A stretch of 31,789 nucleotides of DNA. Origin: an uncultured Candidatus Peribacteria bacterium. GTDB taxonomy: Bacteria > Patescibacteriota > Gracilibacteria > Absconditabacterales > Absconditicoccaceae. A model generated the notes under the pieces. The model was not told the origin of the DNA. It did not search any database and saw only the letters and a list, made by a program, of their open reading frames with translations. The translations under genes were made by a program, and so were the position numbers. Shown in pieces: positions 1-18,010 of this stretch (positions are counted from its first letter, which is position 1; the number at the start of each line of letters is the position of its first letter). Location: contig CAYNHJ010000002.1 of the NCBI GenBank assembly GCA_964397125.1, positions 1-31,789 of the forward strand, given 5' to 3'.

Positions 1-128
1 TCATTTTTTAAATAAAATTTATAACAAAAACCATTATCCCGATCAGAATCAATTTCGTATGTAAAATCTAGAGCTAAGGTAAAAAAGAATAAAAACAACA
101 AAAACAAAATAGAAATAATCTTTTTCAT
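1..128 (-). CDS. Secreted protein, N-terminal fragment (signal peptide plus probable start of a CBM2-like carbohydrate-binding module); runs off window
   Basis: ATG at 128 gives MKKIISILFLLFLFFFTLA-LDFTYEIDSD[CGG]DNGFCYKFYLKN. Typical signal peptide, then a segment resembling the CBM2 N-terminus (Y-x4-D-W-x2-G-F) if CGG is Trp. Confidence 0.6.
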   Translation of the reverse strand, partial: MKKIISILFLLFLFFFTLALDFTYEIDSDRDNGFCYKFYLKN

Positions 129-167
129 AAAGATATAATTTTAGTTTATAAAATCTACTTTAAAATG

Positions 168-195
168 ATTATAAAAAATTGCTCTAAATGTTCAA
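168..195 (-). promoter_or_regulatory. Candidate sigma70 promoter for the secreted protein
   Basis: TTGAAC (195-190), 16-nt spacer, TATAAT (173-168), about 40 nt upstream of the ATG. The AT-rich background lowers specificity. Confidence 0.45.
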
Positions 196-322
196 GTAAA
201 AACATTAAAAATCCAAAACATGGTTAAAAACATAAATTTCATTGTAATAACAGTAATCATTTTTGAAAAATAAAACTCAATTAATCCCCAAAATACCCAT
301 TAACTAAAAAATTTTTCTAAAT

Positions 323-344
323 AAAAAAGGCTCCGAAAGGAGCC
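323..344 (-). terminator. Intrinsic terminator after rpoC
   Basis: GGCTCC-TTTC-GGAGCC hairpin followed by TTTTTT, about 10 nt after the rpoC stop. Confidence 0.85.
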
Positions 345-353
345 ACTTTGATA

Positions 354-4199
<3,846 letters not shown>

Positions 4200-4228
4200 T
4201 TAAAAATTAAATAATAAAAACAATAAAA

Positions 4229-7822
<3,594 letters not shown>

Positions 7823-7957
7823 AAAAAAAAGCTTAAAATTTAAAAATCAAGAAAAGGTCCCCCTTTACGGAGGATATTATAAAAAATTACCACAAAAAAA
7901 CGTTCAAATTACACAGTACAAACATAAACTTTTATTTTCTTAAATTTTTTAAAAAAA

Positions 7958-8119
7958 TTATTTCTTTTTTGCGGAAACAGTCAAATACCGTCTACCTTTT
8001 AATCTTCTATTTGATAAAATTTTTCTACCGCTCTTTGTAGACATTCTTACTAAAAATCCATGTGTTTTCATTCTCTTTCTCCACTTAATTCTTCTAACCT
8101 TATTAAGTTTTCCTGGCAT
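7958..8119 (-). CDS. rpmH: 50S ribosomal protein bL34 (53 aa)
   Basis: [43 protein letters not shown][CGG]YLTVSAKKK; HGF..RM.TK.GR motif. Confidence 0.92.
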   Translation of the reverse strand: MPGKLNKVRRIKWRKRMKTHGFLVRMSTKSGRKILSNRRLKGRRYLTVSAKKK

Positions 8120-8146
8120 TTACAAAATTAATGAAAAATATAAAAT

Positions 8147-8353
8147 TTATTTAATATAAGGCAAAAGACCTAACTCTCTCGCTCTTATAATAGCTCTTCT
8201 AATTCTTTTTTGAATTTTCACTGGTACATTAGTATATTTCCTAGGCTTTATATTTCAAAATCTAGTCATATATCTTTTCAGCAACACTATAGACTTCCAA
8301 TTAATAAGATACCAATTTTTAGGGTCTGAAAAAAAAGTCTTTCTTTTTGGCAT
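8147..8353 (-). CDS. rpsR: 30S ribosomal protein bS18 (68 aa)
   Basis: INWKSIVLLKRYMTRFGNIKPRKYTN...QKRIRRAIIRARELGLLPY; follows ssb. Confidence 0.93.
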
Positions 8354-8377
8354 CACAAATTATATTATAAATCTAAA

Positions 8378-8797
8378 TTATTCATTCTTTTCTTCAGTTT
8401 CTATAGTCTCTTGTCATCCTTCTGCTGGTTCAGTTTCTTGAGGAACTTTTCTCTTTCTCCTATCCAATACTAATAAATCATTTACTACAATTTCAGTAAT
8501 AATTCTAGGCTTTTGTTCACCTTCAATTTCAATCTTTCTATTATGTAAATAACCTCTTATATACAACTTTGCTCACTTTACCAACAATTTAGCAGCTCTT
8601 TCTGCTAATCTTCACCAAGCAGCTATCTTATGATATTGAACTTCTTCTTTTCTTTCTCAATCTTTAGTTCTCCAAACTCTTCTTGTAGCTAAATTAAAAA
8701 CAGCTAACTTTTGTCAATTTTTATTTTCTTTTAAAACAGGTTCATTAGCCACCCATCCTATCATTATCACCTCATTTACACTTCTCATTCTTGCCAT
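8378..8797 (-). CDS. ssb: Single-stranded DNA-binding protein (139 aa; no C-terminal DIPF-type tail)
   Basis: SVNEVIMIG, FNLATRRVW, EEVQYHKIAAWGRLAE, KGAKLYIRGYL; sits in the rpsF-ssb-rpsR context. Confidence 0.92.
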
Positions 8798-8870
8798 CTT
8801 TTTATAAAGTTAAATTATAAAAATGTAAAATCAATAAAACGTAATTTTAAAATATAAACAAAACCTTCAA

Positions 8871-9269
8871 CTATCTATTCATTTTTTCCACAGAATCAGC
8901 ATCTTGAAAAGCTTGTCTATTCGCTTCTGCTGCTTTTTCTTCTTCCGTCATTTCAAATTTTTTATTAACTTCATGGAATTTCAAAAACTTATCCTTTGGC
9001 CCCATTTTGTAAAAAAATAATCTCATCACTCATTTTAACAAAGAAATCTCTTTTCTTTTCTTTGATACTTCACTAGGTTCTAACTCCACCAAATAAGAAA
9101 CAAAGTATGCCCTGTTATTTTTATTAATAGGATATACTAAATCCAAAAAACCTATTTCATCTTCATCAACAATATTCCCTAAAATAGACTTCATCTCTTC
9201 TACTCTTTGTTTAATAGTTTCCATTGGTAATGTTGGATCTATCAATCATACAAATTCGTACTTAGCCAT
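8871..9269 (-). CDS. rpsF: 30S ribosomal protein bS6 (132 aa)
   Basis: MAKYEF..IDP, EIGFLDLVYPINK, AYFVSY; upstream of ssb-rpsR. Confidence 0.88.
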
Positions 9270-9292
9270 CAGTTTTATCTAAAAATTTAAAA

Positions 9293-10096
9293 TTATATTG
9301 AAAACCTTTTAATTTCTTTAATATTAATTTTATCTGAAACAACTTCTTTTACTTTTTTAGTCTCATCTCTTATATAAGGTTGTTCTAAAAGGACAATCTC
9401 TGCAAATTCTTTCTTTATCTTTCCTTCAACTATTCTATCAATTATATCCTCCGGCTTTCAACTATCTTTTAATTCTTCTTTAAATCTTTTTTTCATTTCC
9501 TCTATAACATTTTCTGGAACATCATCAACAGAAATATATTGAGGATTCATAGCAGCTACTTGTAAAGCTACTTCTTTTGCTATATTTTCATCATCACCTT
9601 CATAAAAAACAATAGCTACTACTTTATCTCCAGGATGCGTATATACATATGTCTTTCCTCTTCTTAAAAAAGCATCTAACAATCTAATATTTTCCCCTAT
9701 CTTTCATATATATTCTGCAATTAATGGTTGTATCTCACTATTTACAAACTCTTTATCAAACTCATCTAAAGAATTAAATTCCTTACCATAAGAGTTAACA
9801 ATATCTATTAACTTCTCAGCTAATTGATGAAAAAGCTCATTTCTTGCAACAAAATCTGTCTCACATGCTAACTTAACTCCTATAACTGTATCATCATCTA
9901 TCTTTTTTACTTTTACTATCCCTTCTTTTGTTTCTCTATCAGCTTTTTTTGCAGCTTTTAACGCTCCTTTTTTTCTTAAAATTTCTTTAGCTTTCTCAAT
10001 ATCTCATTCAGCTTCTATCAAAGCTTCCTTACAATCTTTTAAAGGAGCATTAGTTTCTTGCCTTAACTGTTTTAACAAATTTATATCAATTTTCAT
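9293..10096 (-). CDS. tsf: Elongation factor Ts (267 aa)
   Basis: LKQLRQETNAPLKDCKEALIEAEGD, LACETDFVARNE, LQVAAMNP, LEQPYIRD. Confidence 0.95.
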
Positions 10097-10111
10097 TCGT
10101 TTTATCAATAA

Positions 10112-10522
10112 TTATTTTGTAAAATCTTTTTCTTTTTTATCAAAACCAAATATCATAAAAATCCATCATCATAATCAATAAAAAAACGGCATAAATATTT
10201 TTTTATCATCATTTACATAATATCCATTTCGTGCTTGATAAACAAAATATATCCATATAGCTAAAAGTCAAAAAAAAAGTAAAATAGGAATAAGACGAAT
10301 GTAAGGAATAAAGAAAAAAAAAGCAAATATAACTAAAAAAGTAAAAAATACCATCCACCATCACAATGCTTGTTTAAAATGAAACTTTTCATAAATAGTC
10401 ATCTTGTTATTAAAGATAGAAAGCAATATTCCTATTAAAAAATACATCATCACTGCTCTTTTTCTTTCTATTTCAGTCGGAATATACTCACTTTCAATAA
10501 GTTTTTCTAATTCAGTAGACAT
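10112..10522 (-). CDS. Small multi-pass membrane protein, DUF4870-like (136 aa)
   Basis: Intact ORF between rpsB and tsf with about 3 hydrophobic helices; motifs AVMMYFLIG, FHFKQALGWW, QA[CGA]NG, MPFFYGLGGW resemble DUF4870/Tic20-like proteins. Confidence 0.7.
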
Positions 10523-10523
10523 A

Positions 10524-11192
10524 TTAAGCAAACAAAGTTTTTAAAATATAATCTATACTTTCATAGCTATTTGTGTTTGCCATTATCAAATTATCCTCAG
10601 ACCACCATCTATTAAAGTCAGTATTAGCTATCACTACATTATCAATTCCTGTCAATTCTATTTCATGAACAAATTTCTCTAGATATTTTCAATCTATTAC
10701 AATAACCAAATCTGGTTTTTTCTCTAAATCTTTAACTCATTTATAAATATATTCCATCTTTCTCAATTGTCTCATTTTTACCAATCTTTCCTTCTTGGTT
10801 AACTTTTGAAAATCATCACTTTCAATAAATTTTCTTAACTCATTCATCTTTTTTATATTTTGCAATAATGTTTCAAAATTTGTAACAACACCACTTGGAA
10901 CTTTATAAGAAAAATAATGTACTCATTTTGAAGAACATATTTCTTCTAATTGCTCTTTATACAAAAGTTTATCATGAAGTACTAATATCTCTTTTCAATC
11001 TTTCAAATAAGATTTCACTTTTTCAGCAGCTGTTTTAAGTTGGTTATATATTATTTCAGGATTAATCAAAACTACATCCTTATAAATATCAGCCCAATAT
11101 TTTCTAGTCTTTGGATTAGCATATTTTCTTAAAGTTCCTATAAAAAGTTTGTTATCAATAATATCTTTCATATCTATCATTAAACTTATCAT
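10524..11192 (-). CDS. rpsB: 30S ribosomal protein uS2, highly divergent (222 aa)
   Basis: NPKTRKYW, GVVTNFETL, GVKDLEKKPDLVIVID; upstream of tsf. Start could also be a nearby ATG. Confidence 0.88.
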
Positions 11193-11203
11193 TAACAATT
11201 AAA

Positions 11204-11581
11204 TTATTTCAAAGTTACAGTAGCACCAACTTCTTCTAATTGAGATTTAATCGATTCAGCTTCTTCAGATTTAACATTTTCTTTAATTACAACTGGTGCC
11301 TTTTCTACCAACGCTTTAGCATCTTTTAATCAAATACCTAACAACTCTTTCAATTTTTTAATCACTTGAATCTTATTTTGTCAAATTTCAGTTAGTTCTA
11401 CATTAAAAGTATCTTTTTCTCAACCTTCTCATCCACCTGCTCCTGCTCAAGCTGCAACCATCATAGCAGCAGCTGAAACACCAAATTCTTCTTCAATAGC
11501 TTTTACTAAATCATTCATTTCCTGTAAAGTCAATTCTTTTAACAAATCTAATATTTGTTGTGCTTTTTCTGTCAATGCCAT
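11204..11581 (-). CDS. rplL: 50S ribosomal protein bL12 (125 aa)
   Basis: [53 protein letters not shown]. Confidence 0.97.
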
Positions 11582-11655
11582 CTTGATATATTTAGATTAT
11601 AAAATAAAAATAAAAATATTTCAACAAAATATTTTAACATTTTATCAAATATAAA

Positions 11656-12180
11656 TTAACTAACTTTTTCTTCTCATTTTTTCTCAGCAATTTGCTTCAA
11701 ATTCATAACAAATGACTGTACAGGGAATTTGATAAGAAAAGCAAACTTCCCAATAAGTTCATCTTTTGTAGGCAATTCTGCAATTTCTCTAACATAATCA
11801 GCATCCTTCCATTTCATTTCATAAAATCCTCCCAAATATTCTAACTTATAAGGAGCTTTTTCTTTCTTCCATCATTTAACTATTTTATGCAAAGCCTTCA
11901 ACGGCTTAAATTCGTCTTCTAATGAATATAATACTATTATTGACCCCTGTAATTTGTCTAAATTAATTTCTTCATAATTGACTGCTTTTAAAGCCATAAG
12001 AAACAATCTCTTTTTTACTACCTGCAATTTTCCACCACTTTCTTTTACAGCCATTCTAACTTTATTAATTTCATTTACTGGAATAGCCTCTTGTTGCATT
12101 ACAACTATGTTCTTTGCCTTGTTTAACAAATCTTTATAAGTTTCCAAAAGTTTCTCCTTCTGTTTTCTAGTTAATGCCAT
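11656..12180 (-). CDS. rplJ: 50S ribosomal protein uL10 (174 aa)
   Basis: MALTRKQKE, VVKKRLF, AELPTKDELIGK; precedes rplL. Confidence 0.95.
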
Positions 12181-12199
12181 TATTAATTATTATAACAAA

Positions 12200-12295
12200 A
12201 ATAAAGCCCCTTACCGAGAGGGACAATAAATCAATATAATTTTTATTGTCCCACCTCGGCAGGTCTTATATAAAGCCTGCTGTCTTCGGTGGTAA
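12200..12295 (-). promoter_or_regulatory. L10 leader (rplJ r-leader) RNA
   Basis: Minus strand reads CCGAAGACAGCAGG...CCTGCCGAGG, matching the remembered L10-leader core (AAGAC..AGG / CCT.CCGAGG). It is followed by a perfect GGGACAATAAA/TTTATTGTCCC hairpin directly upstream of rplJ. Confidence 0.8.
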
Positions 12296-12327
12296 ATAGA
12301 TATACCATAATATTTAAAACACTTTTT

Positions 12328-13461
12328 CTACTTTTTTGGTTTTCTACCTTTTCTTTTAGTTTTCTTTTCCTCCTCTTTCACTTGCTTAATACTTAATCAA
12401 ATTCTTCTATTCTTTTCATCCAAAAGTATTATTTTAGCTTTAACTTTTTCTCATAACCTTAACACTTCTGCCGGATTACTTACTGGTCTATCAGCAAGCT
12501 CAGAAAGATGAACTAATCAGTTTATATCATCATATACTCTTACAAAAGCACCATATGGAACAAATCTTACAACTTCCCCTTCAATTATATCTCCTACTTT
12601 AAATTTCTTTGGAATAACAGTCCATGGATCTGGCTTTAGTTGTTTCATAGAAAGAGATATTTTTCCATCTTCATATCCTATAACTTTAACTTTTACTTTA
12701 TCTCATACCTTTCAAAAAGCATTTACATCATGAACATGTCAATAAGTTATTTCTGAAATATGCACCAATCACTCAATACCTCCTCAGATTGTTACAAACA
12801 AACCATAACTTGATACTCCTGATATAATACCATCATAAACATTCCCTACTTTCAAATCCTTCAATATCTTTTCTCTTTCTTCTCTTAGAGCTTCTCTTTC
12901 TGACAAAATCATTCTCTTATTCTCCTCATCAAGATTTATAATCCTAACCTTAAATTCCTTTCAAATTAAATCTAATAATCTTTCAAAAATTTTTTCTTGG
13001 TCTCAATCTTCCACCCTAGGATAATGAACGGGAGCAAGTTGAGAAAGAGGTAAAAATCATTTAATTCCATGAATATCTACTAATAAACCTCCCAAATTGG
13101 CTTCCATTGGAACTACAGTAATCACTCTATCATTTTTATAAGCGTCTACCAACTCTTGCCATTTATCGTATTGTAGAAGTTTAGATATAGAAATAACATA
13201 ATATCATTCATCATCCATAATATCTGGATCTATCAATTCCGCTTCTAATGTTGTTCATACAGAAAGATCTACTCAACTTCTTTCTAATTCTTTAACTTCC
13301 TTTGGTAAAATTATCCCTGTAAAAGCCCCTTCTTCACAATCTACTATAACTCATCTATCTGTTTGTTTTAATACCTTTCACTTAATTTTCTCTCAAGCTT
13401 TTATTAATGGAACTTTTATCTCACCAGCTCTTACTTTCTCTAAAAACTCCTGTAAATTCAT
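12328..13461 (-). CDS. rpsA: 30S ribosomal protein bS1 (377 aa, about 4 S1 domains)
   Basis: GIKGFLPLSQLAP, SYGLFVTI.GGIEGLVHISEI, PYGAFVRV..DINGLVHLSEL. Confidence 0.93.
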
Positions 13462-13537
13462 TAGCAACTAAAAATTAAAAGTTAAAATATAAAAAACTCT
13501 CCACCTTTCCAAAAGCACTAATGGTTCCCCTCCACTT

Positions 13538-13798
13538 TTAAGCTTTGAGTTTTAATTTTTTAGAAACAAATAAATATCTATCCAAATTATTTGACTTTAG
13601 ATACTTTAAAAATTTTTTTCTTCTCGCAACCTTTTTTAACAATGCTCTTTTAGCATCTACATCATGCGGATGTTGATTAATATGATTCTGCAACTTTGTT
13701 ATCTCCCATGTTAATATTGCTATTTGAACTTCAGGAGAACCATTATCTTTATCGTGCCTCTGGAAAGGTTTAATAAAATCTTTTAATTCTTTATTCAT
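13538..13798 (-). CDS. rpsO: 30S ribosomal protein uS15 (86 aa)
   Basis: HDKDNGSPEVQIAILT...HPHDVDAKRALLKKVARRKKFLKYL. Confidence 0.96.
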   Translation of the reverse strand: MNKELKDFIKPFQRHDKDNGSPEVQIAILTWEITKLQNHINQHPHDVDAKRALLKKVARRKKFLKYLKSNNLDRYLFVSKKLKLKA

Positions 13799-13890
13799 TT
13801 CTCAACTACTAATCTTTAACTACTAAATTATTATAAAACAAAAACAATGTATATATCATATAATAATTTTTAATCTTTTTTCAAGAAAAA

Positions 13891-14370
13891 CTATCTTTTT
13901 GACCATTGAGGTGCTCTTCTAGCTTTTTTAAGTCAGTATTTCTTTCTTTCTTTTTCTCTCGGATCTCTTTTTAATAAACCGTATGGCTTCAATTGAGTTC
14001 TAAATTCAGGATTATATTCAACCAATGCTCTTGCAATACCAAGTCTAATTGCTTCTGCTTGTCCTCTTATTCCACCTCCTCTCACCTTTATTTCAAAATC
14101 AAATTTATTCCTCCATTCCTCTCATATAATATAAAAAGGATACATTACATCTTCAATCAAATAGTTATTTCATCCAAACAAAGTTTTCAGATCAACATTT
14201 TGTAATTTTTCAGTAGTAATTTTAAACTCTCACTTTCCATTCGGATACATTTTAACAATAGCAGTTGCTTCTTTTCTCCTTCAAACAGCATAAATGTACT
14301 GTTTTTTTCTTGTTTTTTTCCCTCTAGTAGCACTAACTTTTGTCTTTTTTGATAGTTTTGAACTATTCAT
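13891..14370 (-). CDS. rpsI: 30S ribosomal protein uS9 (159 aa)
   Basis: [57 protein letters not shown]. Confidence 0.97.
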
Positions 14371-14830
14371 TTATTTCTATTTTTTCAAGAGGTAAATGAT
14401 TAAAAGTATGTTGTGGTCATACAAATATTTTAAGTCTTTTCATTCTTCTATCTCTTAACTTATTTTTAGGAAGCATTTTTCTAACAGCATACCATATTAC
14501 TTTTTGAGGTCTATTTTGTAACATCCATCTTAAAGTACGTTCTTTAAGATTTCATTTGTATCAAGAATGAAAATAATATATCTTTTGATCTAACTTTTTA
14601 CCAGTAATTTTTATCTTTTCTGCATTAATAACAACTACAAAATCTCCTGCATCCCAATGGTCACAATAAGCAGGATTATATTTTCATTGTAATCTTTTAG
14701 CTATTTCCACTGCTAATCTTCCTAACGTTTTTCATTCAGCATCTATTAAGTACCATTTTCTATTTCTTTCTAAAATTTCTTTTTTTACAAATAAAGTTTT
14801 ATTCAAATCTTTTCCTGTAAAAATATTCAT
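14363..14830 (-). CDS. rplM: 50S ribosomal protein uL13 (155 aa)
   Basis: [46 protein letters not shown]; overlaps the rpsI start by 8 nt. Confidence 0.97.
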
Positions 14831-14855
14831 TTTACTATACAATTAAAATTCTAAA

Positions 14856-15329
14856 TTATTTAACTTTAACTTCAACTTTTTCCAACAATTCTGGTCTTAA
14901 TTTAACTAATATTTCTTCTGTTGAATCTCATTTTCTAAAACCTAATTTATAACTTTCTACATAACCACCAGTAAGATCTAGTTCTCTCAATTTAGGTGCT
15001 ATTAAATCTACAAACTTCTCTTTTACATTTAATTGACCACTTTCTTTTCTTTTTCCTCCATATCTATAAGGTCAACCATCATTAGTCAAATATATGTTAG
15101 CCAATCTTATTAATTCATTTTTTACTATTTTATCATCTTTATATCTTAAAAAAATTCTTCTCGCTCTATAAAAAAACTTGTCTGCTACAGATTTCAAAAT
15201 TTTTGCTCTTTTAGGTGTAGTTTTTACTTGTCAATACTTAATTAACGAAGTTAAAAGATTTCTAACAACTAACTGTTTTTTAACCACTCATGTTTCTAAA
15301 TACTTCAACTTATTGTATCTATGTCTCAT
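14856..15329 (-). CDS. rplQ: 50S ribosomal protein bL17 (157 aa, internal insertion)
   Basis: MRHR, RNLLTSLIKYGQVKTTPKRAK, GGYVESYKLGFRKGD; follows rpoA. Confidence 0.92.
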
Positions 15330-15354
15330 TATAGTTAATTCTTATCAATCTAAA

Positions 15355-16350
15355 TTATCCTGCCAATGATTTTCAAATACCAGCTAAAGCTTGAATAATC
15401 TCCTCTACAGCTTTTCTTCAAATACCTTTCATAGCTAAAAGTTCTGACTTTTTCTTTTTCTCTAAATCTTCCACATACAATATATTATTTTTTATCAAAG
15501 CATTTCTTGTTCTTTCACTTAAAGGCAGAGCATCTATAGGCATTATTTTAACAGGTTGTTTTTCTTCTTTCTCTTTTTTATGCTCTTCAAGATCTTCATA
15601 TTCTACAAATACACTTTTATCAACATAAGCATCTTCATAAATAAACAATCTTGCATAAGATGCTAATACTTCCCCTGCAAAAGATAATAAATCCTTAGGC
15701 TTAATTTTAGGAGAAATTGTTTTAATTTCTATATTTAATCTATCTTTAACTCCTCATACAAAATCATCAATTATTTCTTCAACATCATATCTAACATAAT
15801 CTATTATTTTAAAATCATTATCTATTAACAACAATCACACATCTTGAGCTTCTTTTTGTTGTTCTCTATTTCTTAAAAATTGTATATTGTAATATCCATA
15901 TCCTTTTTCAATTCTATAACTTATTACAAGTTCTACATTAGGATCTGTTATTTCAAACAAAAATACATCATCATTTAAAATTTCTATTCAGCTAGGAAGT
16001 AACAAGTCTTTTCAGTAAACTTTTCAGATTCACTTAAAAGACTGTTCTACCCAAGTAATTTTATCAATATTTTCGTCTATTTTAAATTTTAATTTCTTAA
16101 AATTTAACATAATATCCAATACACTCTCTTTAACTCAATCAATCACTGCATATTCATATGGCACTCCTTTAATTTTTAATCATGTTATAGCACCAGCTAC
16201 TTCATATCCTAAAATAATCCTCCTTATACTATTTCATAAAGTATGTCAAAATCATCTAGGAATATATTGAATAGAAAATCTCGAAGTCCTATCATCAATT
16301 TTTTCTTCAACAATTTTAGGTTTTCAAAAAAGTTTTTGAATATCCAACAT
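15355..16350 (-). CDS. rpoA: RNA polymerase alpha subunit (331 aa)
   Basis: PRGFGHTLGNSIRRIILG, GVKESVLDIMLNFK, IEKGYGY, IDALPLSERTRNAL. Confidence 0.96.
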
Positions 16351-16392
16351 AAATACAAAAAATTATTATTTAAATAAAAAAATAATATATAA

Positions 16393-17016
16393 CTATACTC
16401 TCGCATAAAATTCAACTACTTTCAATACATCTACTGGCACTTTAATTTCTTCTGGTTTAGGTAAATCAATAACTTCTATTTTCATATTTTCTTTATCAAC
16501 TTTCAACCAAGATGGAACTTTAAAATTTGACTGCATAATTGGTAAATCAGCATACAAAGGTGATGTTTTATATTTTTCTTTTAACTGTATAACATCTCAT
16601 TTTTTTACTAAATATGACGGTATATTATGTTTTCTTCCATTCAATAAAAAGTGAGAATGATTTACTATTTGTCTAGCTTGCATTATAGTTCTAGCAAATC
16701 CAGCTCTAAGTACAATTACATCTAATCTTCTTTCTAAAGTTTGCAATATAGCTTTATCATGATCTATTCCTTTATTCTTAGCTAATTTTCCTGCAATATC
16801 AACAACATATCTTTTAAACTGTTTTTCAGTTAACAAATACATCCTTTTTAAAGTCTGTTTATTCCTCAATAGTTTACCATACTCCGAAAGTCTTTGAATA
16901 GTACTTCAATGTTGTCAAGGAGTTTTTCTTCTTTTTCTGATATCATATTTAGGAACTCAAAATAAGTTAATCCCTTCTCTCCTACATAATCTAAATTTTG
17001 GTCCAGTATATTTCAT
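16393..17016 (-). CDS. rpsD: 30S ribosomal protein uS4 (207 aa)
   Basis: YTGPKFRLCRREG, SEYGKLLRNKQ, LERRLDVIVLRAGFA, VVEFYAR. Confidence 0.97.
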
Positions 17017-17043
17017 TATAAATATTAAGTATAAAATATAAAA

Positions 17044-17439
17044 TTAAGTTCTTCTAGGTCTTGGTCTTTTACATCAACCAAATTGAATAGGAGTAGCTTC
17101 TCTTATCCACATAATATCTATTCATCCCAAATCATTAATAGCTTTAAAAACTCAATCTCTACCTAATCATAATCATTTAAATATAATTCCTATTTCTTTC
17201 AATCCATAATTATCTCTAGCCTCTTGCAATATCTGCTTTGTTAACACTTCAGCTGCATATGGAGTAGACTTTTTTGTCCCCTTAAAACCCAACAATCATG
17301 TCCCTCCTCCTAATATTTTATTTCAATTTTCATCTGTTAATGTTACTATAGTATTATTAAAAGTAGTTTTTACATATAATTTTCCAAAAGGTAGTTTGAT
17401 ATTCTTTTTCTTTTTAGTAGATAATTTCCTCTTTGCCAT
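17044..17439 (-). CDS. rpsK: 30S ribosomal protein uS11 (131 aa)
   Basis: TTFNNTIVTLTD, GFKGTKKSTPYAA, TPIQFGGCKRPRPRR. Confidence 0.96.
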
Positions 17440-17466
17440 ATTAGTATCTATTTACATAAACTAAAT

Positions 17467-17841
17467 TTATTTTTTAAGAACAGGTCTTACTTTAGCTCTT
17501 CACAATAATTTTTTAGCAGTTTTAGCATTCTTTCTAGTTTTTTGTCCTCTAACAGGTAATCACAAAGCATGCCTCATTCATCTATAACATTTTATTTCTT
17601 TAAGCCTTTTAATAGCAGCTGCCACTTCTCTTCTCAAATCATTTTCTAAAGTATAATTTTTCAATTCATCACTTATGGCTTTTTTCTCTTCATCTGTTAA
17701 TTGACCAACTTTTTTTTCTAATGGAATTCATAATTTCTCCAAAATTTGTCTTGACCTGGATCTACCAATACCATAAATGTAAGTTAATGCAATCCAAATA
17801 GCTTTATTATCAGGTAAAACATGACCAAGTAATCTAAACAT
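17467..17841 (-). CDS. rpsM: 30S ribosomal protein uS13 (124 aa)
   Basis: [41 protein letters not shown]. Confidence 0.97.
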
Positions 17842-17865
17842 AAATTTTTATCTTAAAATCTAAAA

Positions 17866-17979
17866 CTAACCTTGTCTTTGCTTATGTTTTGGATTTTCGC
17901 AAATAACATATATCTTTCATTTTCTTCTTACTATCTTACACTTTGCACAAATTTTTTTTACAGATGCTCTAACTTTCAT
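17866..17979 (-). CDS. rpmJ: 50S ribosomal protein bL36 (37 aa, Zn-type)
   Basis: [37 protein letters not shown]. Confidence 0.97.
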
Positions 17980-18010
17980 TATTAACTTATTAATTAGATA
18001 AAATTACTAA

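Noticed and set aside
196-320. Small ORFs or an ncRNA between rpoC and the secreted gene
   Set aside because: Only a 31-codon low-complexity frame is present, with no structure or motif support.
12220-12252. Perfect inverted repeat as a MITE/REP element or plain terminator
   Set aside because: It is single-copy in the window and contiguous with the L10-leader motif directly upstream of rplJ.
16224-16415. 63-aa minus-strand ORF
   Set aside because: It is an off-frame overlap of the rpsD end and rpoA start.
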